Notes: generated from the letters alone by a model not told the origin. A DNA stretch of 64,000 nucleotides from Puniceicoccales bacterium (GCA_031268535.1 JAIRXB010000033.1:1886-65885); one strand, 5' to 3'. Positions 18,294-27,861 are shown, counted from the stretch's first letter. Made by a program: numbers and translations.

Positions 18294-18960
18294 AGCCTCA
18301 CCACTTAACCTTCCGAATTGTGCACAAGTTTCTACGGCAAACTCAAAAGCACCAACGGCCTCTCCGTCGTCCGGCCGGCCAATGTGATAGATGCACACCA
18401 ACGGCCTCTCCGTCGTCAATTGGCCAATTGGCAACCTTAAACGCAACGATGGCCAGTGCAGGTACGATTGGCTAATGCGGGACAGATACGCAACGACGAA
18501 CCACTGCGGCTGCCCACAATGCATATAGCTCATTCGAAATCTATGCGAAAGAGACCCGCCGCGATAATCTGCAGTGAAAATTGCCAAGCCGTCGCTCGCG
18601 AACGACATCACTGGAATATTTAGCAGTAGCCGCAAGGAGCTCAACCGTGCTCCAGACACGTTCCCTGCACAATTCTCGAACAAACTGAAGATCCTCACTC
18701 AAAGCACAGTGCGCATCACTACTGCTTCCCGCGACAGTCTCAAACGCGACAAAGACGGTGTCAACGATTCCAGCAGGTGCAATCAGCTAACCGTCTACCT
18801 CGTGCGCACCAATGGCGGCAGCAACGACCTCCGGCCAACATGGCCGCCAACCTCAAACGCAGCAGCAACTCCCGCATCATCGCTCGGCCAATGTAACAGA
18901 TACGCATGCATCAACGACCCCTGCGGCTGCCAAATGCAGCGACTCTTTCTGGTCCATGTG
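18294..18960. repeat. Cluster 2b of the degenerate repeat family
   Basis: GGCTAATG occurs at 18470. 18655-18790 is a second copy of the unit seen at 13605-13745 (aacaaactgaagat(t/c)ctcactcaaagcac). GGCCAATGtaacagatacgca..caacgacccctgcggc occurs near 18888. Confidence 0.55.
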
Positions 18961-19118
18961 GAAAGAGTCTCTTAGATGCATCGCGGCCACGAATTTGTCC
19001 TTCCCGCTCAAATCTCAAAAGCGTGCAGTAGTCGGGAAGATTTAAATGCATTGGCGAGGGCGCCAATGTCCACTCGGAATTAACAAAAACCACCCGCCGC
19101 CGTTTGAGCCTGGACACT

Positions 19119-20764
19119 TCAGTCTAGGCGTTCTTCTTTCAGCTCTTCGAGCTTATTTAAAGCGTAGCTAGCCGTCGCGAAACCGCCGCTAAATCTCGCA
19201 AGGGGGCCTACGGTTGATCCACTCGCCCACCTACTACCGCTAAGCTTATCCCAGCCTTTACCTATGCACAGGTTGCGAACAAATTCTGCCTTCTCCCCTA
19301 GCCCGCCAGTGGTTTTGCCACTTGCCGCTAAAGCTCCAAGCATATCAACGAGTGCAGCAACGACATCCGCGACTAAGTCAATGCATGAAGCTCCTTCCGG
19401 TGTGCGCGAAAGGCGTCGCCCACTAACACAATCCTGCACCTCAAATTTGCCGCCAACCTCATTGATGCGATTGCTAAACCCCTAGCGTCAGCCTCTGAGA
19501 GCCCATCCCTAACAAGTCGCACAATAAGTTCCTTGCATGCATCTCCGCCTCCGCCGGATCCGACTGCGGCCGCCATGAAAGCCGCAACAAATGGATCGGA
19601 GTCGCCGAAATAGTCCGTACGCGGATTTTCTGAAAATGCCGCTTCAAGCGCCGCAACAACGGCTGCTACCGGATTGCATCCGGCGCCAAATACAGCCGCA
19701 ACACGACCTTGAAACTGAGGAGCGCTCAAAACAACTGGAATCATGGCGCCGCAAACTCCTACGACTGCTTTACTCAAGAATGATTTCTCATCAGGAGAGC
19801 CTCCATTCTTCGCATGCCAGGCGGAACCCGCTTCGCCATCCATCCATTTGAGAGCCGATGCCGCAGCGCGAATTCCCATTCTAACCTTGGCTTCTTCGCA
19901 AACCAAGTTAAAAAACAGATTGAGAAGCTCTTCGTCATCTTTGGTGAATGTTTTACTTGAATCGCGAAAGTTAACTCCGCATCGCAAGCCCAAAAACTCC
20001 CCAAATAAATCATGGAGAACATTATGGCGAGATTTGCCGACCCCTTTGTAGAGTGGCGCTAAATGATACTGCAACCCCATTCCGTTAATATCGTAATCCT
20101 GTTCGCCAGGCTTACGACTGTTACAACACCAATAGGCCTCCCCCAGAATTTTTCCCTCTTTCATTTCCGCACCAAACGGGCCATGTATCCCCATGGCAAT
20201 TGCGACAAACGTTTCGCCGATGCTTTCTTGCCGCTGAGACCAATCGCCTCTTCGCTTAACAAAAAATTTATCGGCTAGCTCCTCAATGCGCTGGAAGCTG
20301 GAGGTGGGAGCGGTAAATTTAGCACTGTCAGCTACCACCTCCTGCTCCTGCAGTTTAACACTCTCAGCTACCACATCATGCTCCTGCGGCTGAGATGGAG
20401 CTTCCTGCGGCCGATATGTAGTCGGTGTCTGGGCATAAATTTCTCTGGCGAGCTGCGCAATTGGGTTGGTCCATGTATTCATGGCTAGCGCAAAATATAT
20501 GACAGCCGCTACACATGCGAGGCCGAGCGTTGCAATGGAGACAGCTGCAATTAAGCAGGCGAGCGGCAGATCTGGCCCATCGTAGATGATTTCAGCAGCT
20601 GCGCTTCTTCTGTTTTTTTCGCAAAAATTCTGAATAGCCTGTCCGTCGCAAACGAAATTTATAAGGAAGTGCGCCGTTACGGCTTGCAGGAGACTCATTC
20701 GCGCCAATGCCGGTTGAACGGAGGCATGTGATTCAGTTTTTGATTGCGGTAGTGCTGTATCCAT
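19119..20764 (-). pseudogene. Paralog family A, second copy, split by a frameshift near 19480-19486 (ORFs 19373-20764 and 19119-19439)
   Basis: The 463-aa ORF matches copy 1 up to ..LIVRLVRDGLSE and then diverges. The overlapping 106-aa ORF in another frame resumes the homology (..FEVQDCVSGRRLSRTPEGASCIDLVADVVAAL versus FELQDYVDGQSLSSTAKGVLCIDLIADVVAAL). Confidence 0.7.
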
Positions 20765-20834
20765 AGCATGTAAATTGTAGCGAAAGCGCGCAAAGAGTCA
20801 CTCTAAAAAAGCACAATTCAGTCTCCACTGTGGC

Positions 20835-21005
20835 TATGCACGCACCAATGTTTAGGGCAACGCAGCCGTCTCCATTTGGGCCAATGCCCACAAATATCCA
20901 GCCGACAACGGCATCCAAAAGGTCGGCGGCGCCGTAGATGGCCGCAAAGGTGGTGGCGAGCAGCGCCTCGCCGTCAAAATCAAAACCAATCAAAGCGGCG
21001 GCAGC
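20835..21005 (-). pseudogene. ~170-bp duplicated internal fragment of the neighbouring gene 21119-22561; the original is at about 21365-21535
   Basis: It translates to IGFDFDGEALLATTFAAIYGAADLLDAVVGWIFVGIGPNGDGCVALNIGAC, versus IGFDFEGEALLATTFAAIYGGADLLDAIVGWIFADIGANGDGYVAVNIGAC in the full gene. Confidence 0.65.
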
Positions 21006-21008
21006 GGG

Positions 21009-21150
21009 ACGTCAAAACCAACGTTTCTCTTGCCGGCCAACTCACTCAGCCTCCAAGCCGACGCTGCAAAATAGCTAATGGCAACGCTATCCGTTTCCAT
21101 CGGCGATCGCTCCGGCAATTAGGACGGTGGCTCCGATCGCCATTGGCGCC
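21009..21150 (+). repeat. Second copy of the last ~110 nt of the lipoprotein gene plus the lipoprotein/rsmE junction; copy 1 is 17153-17283
   Basis: Collinear match, for example ccaacgctatccgtttccatcggcga(c/t)cgctccggcaattagg(g)acggtggctcc. Confidence 0.65.
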
Positions 21151-22561
21151 AATCGGGGAAATCGGGATTTTTCCTCAGCCACCCTATGTGCTCGGCTGCC
21201 ACGTCGCAGGCGATGGGCGTTTCAAATAGCTCTCCACCATCGTGCCGTTTCTCGAAGATCTCCACAACTTGCTCCTCCAGCTCACACATCGTAGAGCCAA
21301 GATGCTTTGCGGGAAGCTGCTCAATTAGCCACAGCGCATAGTTGCGGAGAATCACAATGGCGGCTTCGCACGCACCAATGTTTACGGCAACGTAGCCGTC
21401 TCCATTTGCGCCAATGTCCGCAAATATCCAGCCGACAATGGCGTCCAAAAGATCTGCGCCGCCGTAAATCGCCGCAAAGGTGGTGGCGAGCAGCGCCTCG
21501 CCCTCAAAATCAAAACCAATCAAAGCGGCGGCGGCGATGTGCCTGTAGCCGCTCAACAGATAGCCAAGAACAGCAGTTGCCGCACTGGAGGCCATAAAAG
21601 TCACCTCCCGCAAATGCGGCGCAGTGTCACACCTACTAACGGCTTCGCGGATCTGATCAGACGCAATGCAAATCTCTTTGAATGCAGTCCACAGACGCAC
21701 GCACTCCGGATCACCGCGCAATGCCGCCATGAAATTGCCAAGTCTTTCGCGCAACAGCTCTTTCGCCGCTTCCGTTGCAAGTCCGGCATTTGGCACTACG
21801 ACAACGTGCCATCTGCGACTTTCGCCGGCCTCCGCCAACGCAGCGACGGCCCTTTCGTGCTTTTCCACTTCCCCCTTCTTGAGAGTGAACAGCCTCCCGT
21901 CACGGGCGCGCAGCGCCACTGCGGCTATGCGCTGGGGACTGTGCGGATAATCGATGGGCCAAACGATGTCTCCCCTGTCGTAGTGGATCAGGCCGTGAAT
22001 CAGCACTACGGCGCGCACGTCTCCACGATAAATGACACCGTCGGCGTCTATGCTGTAATCTCCGCTTTGAGTTCTGACTATGACGTCCGGTTCGATAAAA
22101 TATATATCGGCTCCAAGTTTACCGGCGATTATCCGCACAAGAGCGGCCTCAATCAATTTGTTGGCGGGCAACGCAATACTATTGCCTCTTTCCGAAAAGC
22201 AGCACTTCAATAGCTCCATCCCATTTGCGCCCATTGGCGATCGCCCAAGGTGGAGCGATTTCTGCCTAAGGTAAACGGCCGGCTGCTCCGGCGCAATTGG
22301 AGCGGCAACCCTCCGCAACAGCAGATTAAACATCCACGCTAAAAGCTTAAACTTGCGAAGCAGAGTTGCTTGGGCAACGGCGCCAGGGAAAAGCCAATAG
22401 CACCATGGCGACAATCGCCCGAAAGCCGCAGCATTCAGCAGCACACCATGGCTAACCGCGCGTCGCAATAGGGACGGCAATTCGCCCGTCGCACCGTCGT
22501 CGGCGGACGCCAAATCAATTCCGCAGCTGCGGAAATATACCGCCATCGGCCCAGCGTACAT
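21119..22561 (-). CDS. Hypothetical ~480-aa protein; start uncertain
   Basis: A long ORF. The track start (22729) would overlap prmC by 160 nt, so I prefer ATG 22561 (MYAGPMAVYF). No domain recognised. Confidence 0.45.
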   Translation of the reverse strand: MYAGPMAVYFRSCGIDLASADDGATGELPSLLRRAVSHGVLLNAAAFGRLSPWCYWLFPGAVAQATLLRKFKLLAWMFNLLLRRVAAPIAPEQPAVYLRQKSLHLGRSPMGANGMELLKCCFSERGNSIALPANKLIEAALVRIIAGKLGADIYFIEPDVIVRTQSGDYSIDADGVIYRGDVRAVVLIHGLIHYDRGDIVWPIDYPHSPQRIAAVALRARDGRLFTLKKGEVEKHERAVAALAEAGESRRWHVVVVPNAGLATEAAKELLRERLGNFMAALRGDPECVRLWTAFKEICIASDQIREAVSRCDTAPHLREVTFMASSAATAVLGYLLSGYRHIAAAALIGFDFEGEALLATTFAAIYGGADLLDAIVGWIFADIGANGDGYVAVNIGACEAAIVILRNYALWLIEQLPAKHLGSTMCELEEQVVEIFEKRHDGGELFETPIACDVAAEHIGWLRKNPDFPDWRQWRSEPPS

Positions 22562-22565
22562 ATCA

Positions 22566-23402
22566 TTATCCCCGGCAAATGAGAAACCGCTCATGGCCAT
22601 TAAAGTCACAGAAAACTTGCGGGCGCAGCCCATTCTGCTTCGCCAGCGAAGACAGAACAGCGCCGTGGCCAATGCCCATCTCCAAAGCCAGCATTCCGCC
22701 GCCATTGAGGTGCCCACCGGCATGGCCAATAATGGTTTTCAGCGCATCGGCGCCGTCGGCGCCTCCTCCCAGCAGCGCCAACGGCGGATCTCCGAGGCGC
22801 ACTTCCGGCGAAGAATTCTGCCACTCTTCTTCGCTGAGGTAGGGCGGATTCGACAGGATAAGGTCCCATTTGCCATGCAGCTGCGAAAACCAATCGCTGC
22901 ACACGAAATTGATGCGGTCAGCCATTTGGCAGCGGTCCCCATTCCGCTTCGCCAGCGCAAGAGCTTCGAGTGAAATGTCGCTGGCAGTTAACGTCGCGGC
23001 CGGAAAGGCTTTCCCAATGGCCAGCGCACATGCTCCGCAGCCGGTGCCGAGATCCAGCACAGATTTTGGCGGATTTTTGCTGAGTCGCTCAACGACAATC
23101 TGCACCAGCAACTCAGTCTCCGGACGCGGAATAAGTGCGGAAGGCGACAGAAGTAAATCGACGGCACCGAACGGACAGCTGCCAAGTATGTGCTGCAGCG
23201 GCACACGGCGGCAGCGCATGGCAACATACTTTTCCCACAGCTCCAGTTGCCCGGCCGACAGTGGGCGCTTTCCAGTTAGGAATAGATCCGCGCGGCGAAC
23301 GGCGAGAACGGCGGCCATAATCCACTCCGCATCGGCCCTCGGAAATTCGACGCCGGCCTCCAGCAAAAGGCGCTCTCCCTCGTCTAGATGTGCGGTTTGC
23401 AA
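22566..23402 (-). CDS. prmC: Peptide chain release factor N5-glutamine methyltransferase
   Basis: SAM-binding motif VLDLGTGCGACALA and catalytic NPPY (ILSNPPYL). Confidence 0.85.
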   Translation of the reverse strand: MQTAHLDEGERLLLEAGVEFPRADAEWIMAAVLAVRRADLFLTGKRPLSAGQLELWEKYVAMRCRRVPLQHILGSCPFGAVDLLLSPSALIPRPETELLVQIVVERLSKNPPKSVLDLGTGCGACALAIGKAFPAATLTASDISLEALALAKRNGDRCQMADRINFVCSDWFSQLHGKWDLILSNPPYLSEEEWQNSSPEVRLGDPPLALLGGGADGADALKTIIGHAGGHLNGGGMLALEMGIGHGAVLSSLAKQNGLRPQVFCDFNGHERFLICRG

Positions 23403-23497
23403 AATTGGCGGCGACGCTGCAAAATTTTCATCCCCTTGTCGAGCATTTTCTTCGGCGCCTCCGCGCCCCGTTGCAGCTCTTTCGGGGAGTCGTCAAA

Positions 23498-24262
23498 TCA
23501 GTTGGCGGCAGCGGAAATTATCGCCAGAAATTCTCCCGCCACCAGAGACGCCCCACCAACAAGGGCGCCGTCGATATCCTTTTCCGCAAACAAATCCGCC
23601 GCCCCATGGCGACTTACGGAGCCGCCGTATAGCAGCGGCGTTCGTTTTGCAATCCCTTCTCCGAAAACGTCTTCCACCACTGAGCGCAAATGCCTGTGCA
23701 TGGCCTGGGCATCTGCGGCCGAAGCGGATTTGCCGGTTCCGATGGCCCATATGGGTTCGTAGGCAACGGCAAATTTTCCAGGCGAACCCGCTTCCCCAGC
23801 GCGCAGTACGGCACGCAACTGGCTCTCCACGATCGCATTTTGCACTCCAAGATTGCGCTCTTCCCCCGACTCGCCGACGCAGAGAATGGGAACAATTGAA
23901 GCGCCAACGGCGGCCCAAAATCTCCTGGCCACAGCGGCATCCGTCTCGCCAAAAAGTGCGCGCCGCTCGCTGTGGCCAACGATGGCGTACGTAACGGAGT
24001 AGTTGCGCAGCATGGATGGAGAAATTTCACCGGTGAAAGCTCCCTTCTCCTCCCAATGGACATTCTGCGCACCGACGGCAATTGGCGATCCGGCAACCAT
24101 TTCCGCAACTGCCGGAATGGCAATGAACGGCGGACAGACCACGGCGGACGCGGCGCCAAATGATCCAGCTGACCGCAGCAGCTGCCCAACCAGGGCGCCA
24201 TCCGCGGCCGGGGACGAATTCATTTTCCAATTCCCAACCACCAACTTTCCGCCGGAAACCAC
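23498..24262 (-). CDS. tpiA: Triosephosphate isomerase
   Basis: VVGNWKMN, AQNVHWEEKGAFTGEIS, VGHSERR, AYEPIWAIGTG, YGGSV. Confidence 0.9.
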   Translation of the reverse strand: MVSGGKLVVGNWKMNSSPAADGALVGQLLRSAGSFGAASAVVCPPFIAIPAVAEMVAGSPIAVGAQNVHWEEKGAFTGEISPSMLRNYSVTYAIVGHSERRALFGETDAAVARRFWAAVGASIVPILCVGESGEERNLGVQNAIVESQLRAVLRAGEAGSPGKFAVAYEPIWAIGTGKSASAADAQAMHRHLRSVVEDVFGEGIAKRTPLLYGGSVSRHGAADLFAEKDIDGALVGGASLVAGEFLAIISAAAN

Positions 24263-24389
24263 GGCTATCCATTGAAATGACTACGGCAAAAATGGCAAGG
24301 ACACATTGGCCGCGGGAAAATTCACTTTGGAATCCAGGCGCGAATCAATGGATGTCAAGACATTGCGGAAGAAAGCTTTGCAGCTTTTT

Positions 24390-25259
24390 TCACAGGAAAA
24401 ATTTTCTTTGCTTTTCCGAAATTGCCATGGATAGGCGCTCCATAACCTGCAGCATATCTTCCCAAAATAGGCGTTTGGCGCCGTAGGCGTTGCGCAACAA
24501 ATGGGATGGGTGGTAGGTGACCATGGTTGGCACGGAACAAAAATCGAACCAGCGGCCGCGCGTCTCCCCCATGCGGCGATCCCCATCATAGCCGAGAAGT
24601 CCATTCGCAGCCGTTGCCCCAAGTGCGACAATAACCTTCGGCGCAACGATTTCCACCTGTGCCCGCAGAAAAGGCATGCAAAAATTTATCTCCTCCTGGG
24701 TCGGCGGCCGATTGCCGTGGGCCGTCGCAACCTCCGGTCGCCAATTCATCACGTTGCCAATGTAGACATCTTTGCGGCTTAGCCCCATGGCGCCAATCAC
24801 CTTGTCCAACAGCCTACCGGCGCTGCCAACAAACGGCTCGCCGCGAATCTCCTCTTCGGCACCTGGCGCTTCTCCGCAAAAGAAGATTTCGGCGTCCAAA
24901 TCGCCCGCCCCAAAAACGACTTTTTTGCCGTCTTTGGCGTGCACTAGGCACTCCGGACAACGCAGCACAATCTCTCGAAGCGCCTTCCATCGAACAATTT
25001 TTGCGCCTTCCGGAAGATCAAATGGTTCCGGCTCGCCGGCAACTCCGCAGACTGACGTCTCAGCAGATTCAACCACTTCGCAGTGCTTTGGAGCACCTTC
25101 CACATCTCCAATGGAGCGGAGCCGTTCCTCCAAGTTTTGCCCAACCTCCACTGAGGCCTCTCCCTCGGCCGCAAGCAGTTCCACTTCCCTTAGGAGGATG
25201 GCCAAAATTTCATCGCGGCTTAGGTTGCTCACCGCTACGGTAGCTAGCGGCAGCACCAC
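24390..25259 (-). CDS. Family-4 uracil-DNA glycosylase with a ~110-aa N-terminal extension
   Basis: GEAPGAEEEIRGEPFVGSAGRLLDKV and a C-terminal HPSHLLRN, the family-4 UDG signature. Confidence 0.8.
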   Translation of the reverse strand: MVLPLATVAVSNLSRDEILAILLREVELLAAEGEASVEVGQNLEERLRSIGDVEGAPKHCEVVESAETSVCGVAGEPEPFDLPEGAKIVRWKALREIVLRCPECLVHAKDGKKVVFGAGDLDAEIFFCGEAPGAEEEIRGEPFVGSAGRLLDKVIGAMGLSRKDVYIGNVMNWRPEVATAHGNRPPTQEEINFCMPFLRAQVEIVAPKVIVALGATAANGLLGYDGDRRMGETRGRWFDFCSVPTMVTYHPSHLLRNAYGAKRLFWEDMLQVMERLSMAISEKQRKFFL

Positions 25260-26092
25260 GGCCTTGCAACAGCATAGTCGCCTCCCGCTTCGGCGAAATG
25301 CTCCGCCGGTTCCCAGTCGCCATAGAATACGCGGTCCAGAAAAAGCCCTTCCGGCGGAGCTGTTTGCAAATATCGCGATTGGGCGACGGCTGGGCCGCAG
25401 AGAAGTTCTCCCAGCAATTCAACCGGCACCTTAGCGCGACCAACGGCCACCAGCGCGCCGACGATGCGGCGCACCATGCGGTAGAGGTAGCCGTCCCCTT
25501 CGGTCACGTAGGCAATGGCGTCGCCGTCGACAACTATTTCGCTGCGCCTCAATGTTCTAACCGTGTTTTCATTGGCGCTCCGATTGGAAAAATTTGCGAA
25601 ATCATGGGTGCCAATGAATTTTTCGGCGGCAGCGGCCATGGAATCCAAATGCAACTTTTCGGCGCCAAGCGACCAGCGATAGCGCTGACTGAATGGGTCG
25701 CCAAAGCCGCGCGCCATGGCATAGGCGTATCGCTTGCCTGTGGCGGAAAACCGTGCGTGAAATTCGCCACCAACCGCCACGACTTTCCAGGGCATAATGC
25801 TGCGCGGAAGACGCCAGCGAATGGCCCGCAAAAGTGCCCCCTCTCCGTGGCACCAGTGCGGAGCGTCGAAGTGAAAAACTTGCCCGATGGCGTGAACGCC
25901 AGCATCGGTGCGGCCTGACCCTACAACGGAAATCGGTTGGCCAAAAATTTCCCCCAACCTTTTCTGCAGAAAATCTTGAACCGCATTTCCGCTGCGCTGG
26001 CTTTGCCACCCATCAAACGCCGTTCCATCGTAGGCGCAAATGCCACACCAGCGCTCCAACAGCCGACACACGGCCCCATGGAGTGGCCCCAT
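25244..26092 (-). CDS. truA: tRNA pseudouridine(38-40) synthase
   Basis: YDGTAFDGWQSQ...VVGSGRTDAGVHAIGQVFHFD..YRMVRRIVG. Confidence 0.85.
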   Translation of the reverse strand: MGPLHGAVCRLLERWCGICAYDGTAFDGWQSQRSGNAVQDFLQKRLGEIFGQPISVVGSGRTDAGVHAIGQVFHFDAPHWCHGEGALLRAIRWRLPRSIMPWKVVAVGGEFHARFSATGKRYAYAMARGFGDPFSQRYRWSLGAEKLHLDSMAAAAEKFIGTHDFANFSNRSANENTVRTLRRSEIVVDGDAIAYVTEGDGYLYRMVRRIVGALVAVGRAKVPVELLGELLCGPAVAQSRYLQTAPPEGLFLDRVFYGDWEPAEHFAEAGGDYAVARPWCCR

Positions 26093-26147
26093 GGACTGCG
26101 GTCAACCAATTTGCACACGTCCGCCCCGTTGGGGCAGATCAAAAATT

Positions 26148-27026
26148 TCAAGCGCCATCCAAATCGGAATCATGGCTCTCCAGCGCCGTAAGGTAGAGCC
26201 TGACGCATGGGCCGTCGGCCAAACGCTCCCTAATGAGAATGGAGTCACCGTCGGCGGAAATAAATTCGTAGTCGCGGCCGCCATGGCTCACCGAGTCGCC
26301 GATGCCGTTGGCTTCGCAGTGCAGCGGTCCGCCAGCGGAAATGGAGACGAGCTTTGCGCGAAATTCCGTGGCAGCAGCGGCTCCGTCAAATGGGAGCCGA
26401 TAGATTTTTCCGTCGCTCCAATCGCGCACGGTGGCGCAGCGGGAAAAAATTTCTCCGCAAAGGAAGTTGCAGTTCTCCAGCGAGAAGAGCCCATCCTTCG
26501 ACCGCTGCCCGGAACGCAGCGCATGCAGCCTGCCGGTCTCGCCGTCGCGAATGAAGGCGGACACGGACCCGTCCATGCTAACGGCAAAGCCTTCCATGCG
26601 CAGGCGATAGGGAATTTCCTCCAGGTCAATGAGGTGAAGCGATGCCGTAGCGGGATCTTTCACGCGAAAGGATCCGTTGTGCAGCTCGACCGTTGGCGGC
26701 GTAAAAAGGTCACAGGGAAGAGCTGATCCGTCACCGTCCCTGTTGGGGGCAGGCCACATGGACTTTGGCAGTTCGGAGAACTCAGTGGACGGCTTTGGCC
26801 TGGAGATCTGAGGTCTATTTCCGTGGTCCGCATGCATCTTCCGAACGCGCACACACCTAAATGCGAACGCGGCAAAAAAAATCATCATTCCGCCGATCAG
26901 CAGCAGCACAACTCGCCGGACCAATTTGCTAATTTGCGTGCACACGGTGCGCCTCCCGAGAACCATTGGCGCGTCTGACGCCTTTTCCCGCCAAAACGCT
27001 GTCGTTTTCCTCCAATTTTGGGACAT
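26148..27026 (-). CDS. Hypothetical membrane-anchored protein, third gene of a PilM/N/O-like cluster
   Basis: One TM segment (VVLLLIGGMMIFFAAFAF) is followed by a beta-rich domain. Same strand as, and directly downstream of, 26929-27852, with a 98-nt overlap using the track starts. Confidence 0.35.
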   Translation of the reverse strand: MSQNWRKTTAFWREKASDAPMVLGRRTVCTQISKLVRRVVLLLIGGMMIFFAAFAFRCVRVRKMHADHGNRPQISRPKPSTEFSELPKSMWPAPNRDGDGSALPCDLFTPPTVELHNGSFRVKDPATASLHLIDLEEIPYRLRMEGFAVSMDGSVSAFIRDGETGRLHALRSGQRSKDGLFSLENCNFLCGEIFSRCATVRDWSDGKIYRLPFDGAAAATEFRAKLVSISAGGPLHCEANGIGDSVSHGGRDYEFISADGDSILIRERLADGPCVRLYLTALESHDSDLDGA

Positions 27027-27852
27027 GGACCCACTCCATGACGATGGAGAATTCCGCCGGATAGGAATTTACGACGACCGACTGGGCTGTAGCTCCGCGC
27101 TGAGCGGCCTTCGGCGAAGAAATTATAATGTTATGGGGCACAACCGGCATCAGGTTGTCCTCGATGGCATTCATAAAATTGCGAAAGGTGTCGGTTTTGC
27201 TGCGGAAGCGCAGACGAAAAATGTGCGAATCAACGGCCAGCAGCTGCCGCACGGACGGCACCGCAGTTCCGTCGAAAAAGTCATTGCGGCAAGTCGTTAG
27301 GTCGCGCTGCAAAACGCTCTCTCGCTCAACGCCAATGAAATATAAATCGCCGGAGGAAGACTCGAAAAGCAGCTGCAGCAGCGCCGCAATTTCGAGCAGC
27401 TCGCCGTAGTCCCTGTTGGCGATAGCCTCCCCCACGTGCCCCCGCTGCAAAATGTCAGTAAAGCCAAAATAGCCGTCCCCGCGCAGCGCCACTTTGAATT
27501 TTTTCGCTAGCGCCCTTAGCTTTTCAAATGTGACCGTCAGTTTGTCGGCAAATTCGCCAACATTGCCAATGCGCCCGCCGCTAGCGGAAAGCTCCGGCCT
27601 CGTGCGTATGGACACTATGGATTCCAGCACATTTTTATCGGCATTGAGCTGGGCAGTGAGCCATGGCAAATCTGACAAGCTCCTGCCGTCGTTCTCCTTG
27701 CGGAGCAACAGCAGCTCCCTGCGCGCCACTTCCAGTCGGCCCGCGATGGAGCGATTTCCGCCAGTAATCAGATGGGCCAAAAGGCACGCAAATGTCACCA
27801 TGGCCGCAATTAGCAGCAGTGAACCGTAGCGTCTCATGCACCTGCTTCCCAT
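26929..27852 (-). CDS. PilO-position membrane protein resembling Akkermansia Amuc_1100 as recalled from memory
   Basis: An N-terminal TM segment and a coiled stretch. FADKLTVTFEKLRALAKKFKVAL..GYFGF...ELLEIAALLQLL and FRNFMNAIE line up with my recollection of the Amuc_1100 pattern (F..L..F...L....KK.., ..AMNAI..). Not verified. Confidence 0.4.
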   Translation of the reverse strand: MGSRCMRRYGSLLLIAAMVTFACLLAHLITGGNRSIAGRLEVARRELLLLRKENDGRSLSDLPWLTAQLNADKNVLESIVSIRTRPELSASGGRIGNVGEFADKLTVTFEKLRALAKKFKVALRGDGYFGFTDILQRGHVGEAIANRDYGELLEIAALLQLLFESSSGDLYFIGVERESVLQRDLTTCRNDFFDGTAVPSVRQLLAVDSHIFRLRFRSKTDTFRNFMNAIEDNLMPVVPHNIIISSPKAAQRGATAQSVVVNSYPAEFSIVMEWVHVPKLEENDSVLAGKGVRRANGSREAHRVHAN

Positions 27853-27861
27853 GGCTTACCC

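Noticed and set aside
13347-19118. Possibility that the repeat-rich gaps are CRISPR arrays
   Set aside because: The repeats are degenerate, of unequal length and irregularly spaced. No cas genes lie nearby, and the units include duplicated gene fragments. They do not have CRISPR architecture.
22870-23994. 374-aa plus-strand ORF, the longest unexplained ORF in this region
   Set aside because: It is antisense to prmC and tpiA, both with unambiguous catalytic motifs. It has an extreme Arg/Ser/Pro/Ala composition, so it is a GC-rich antisense artefact.
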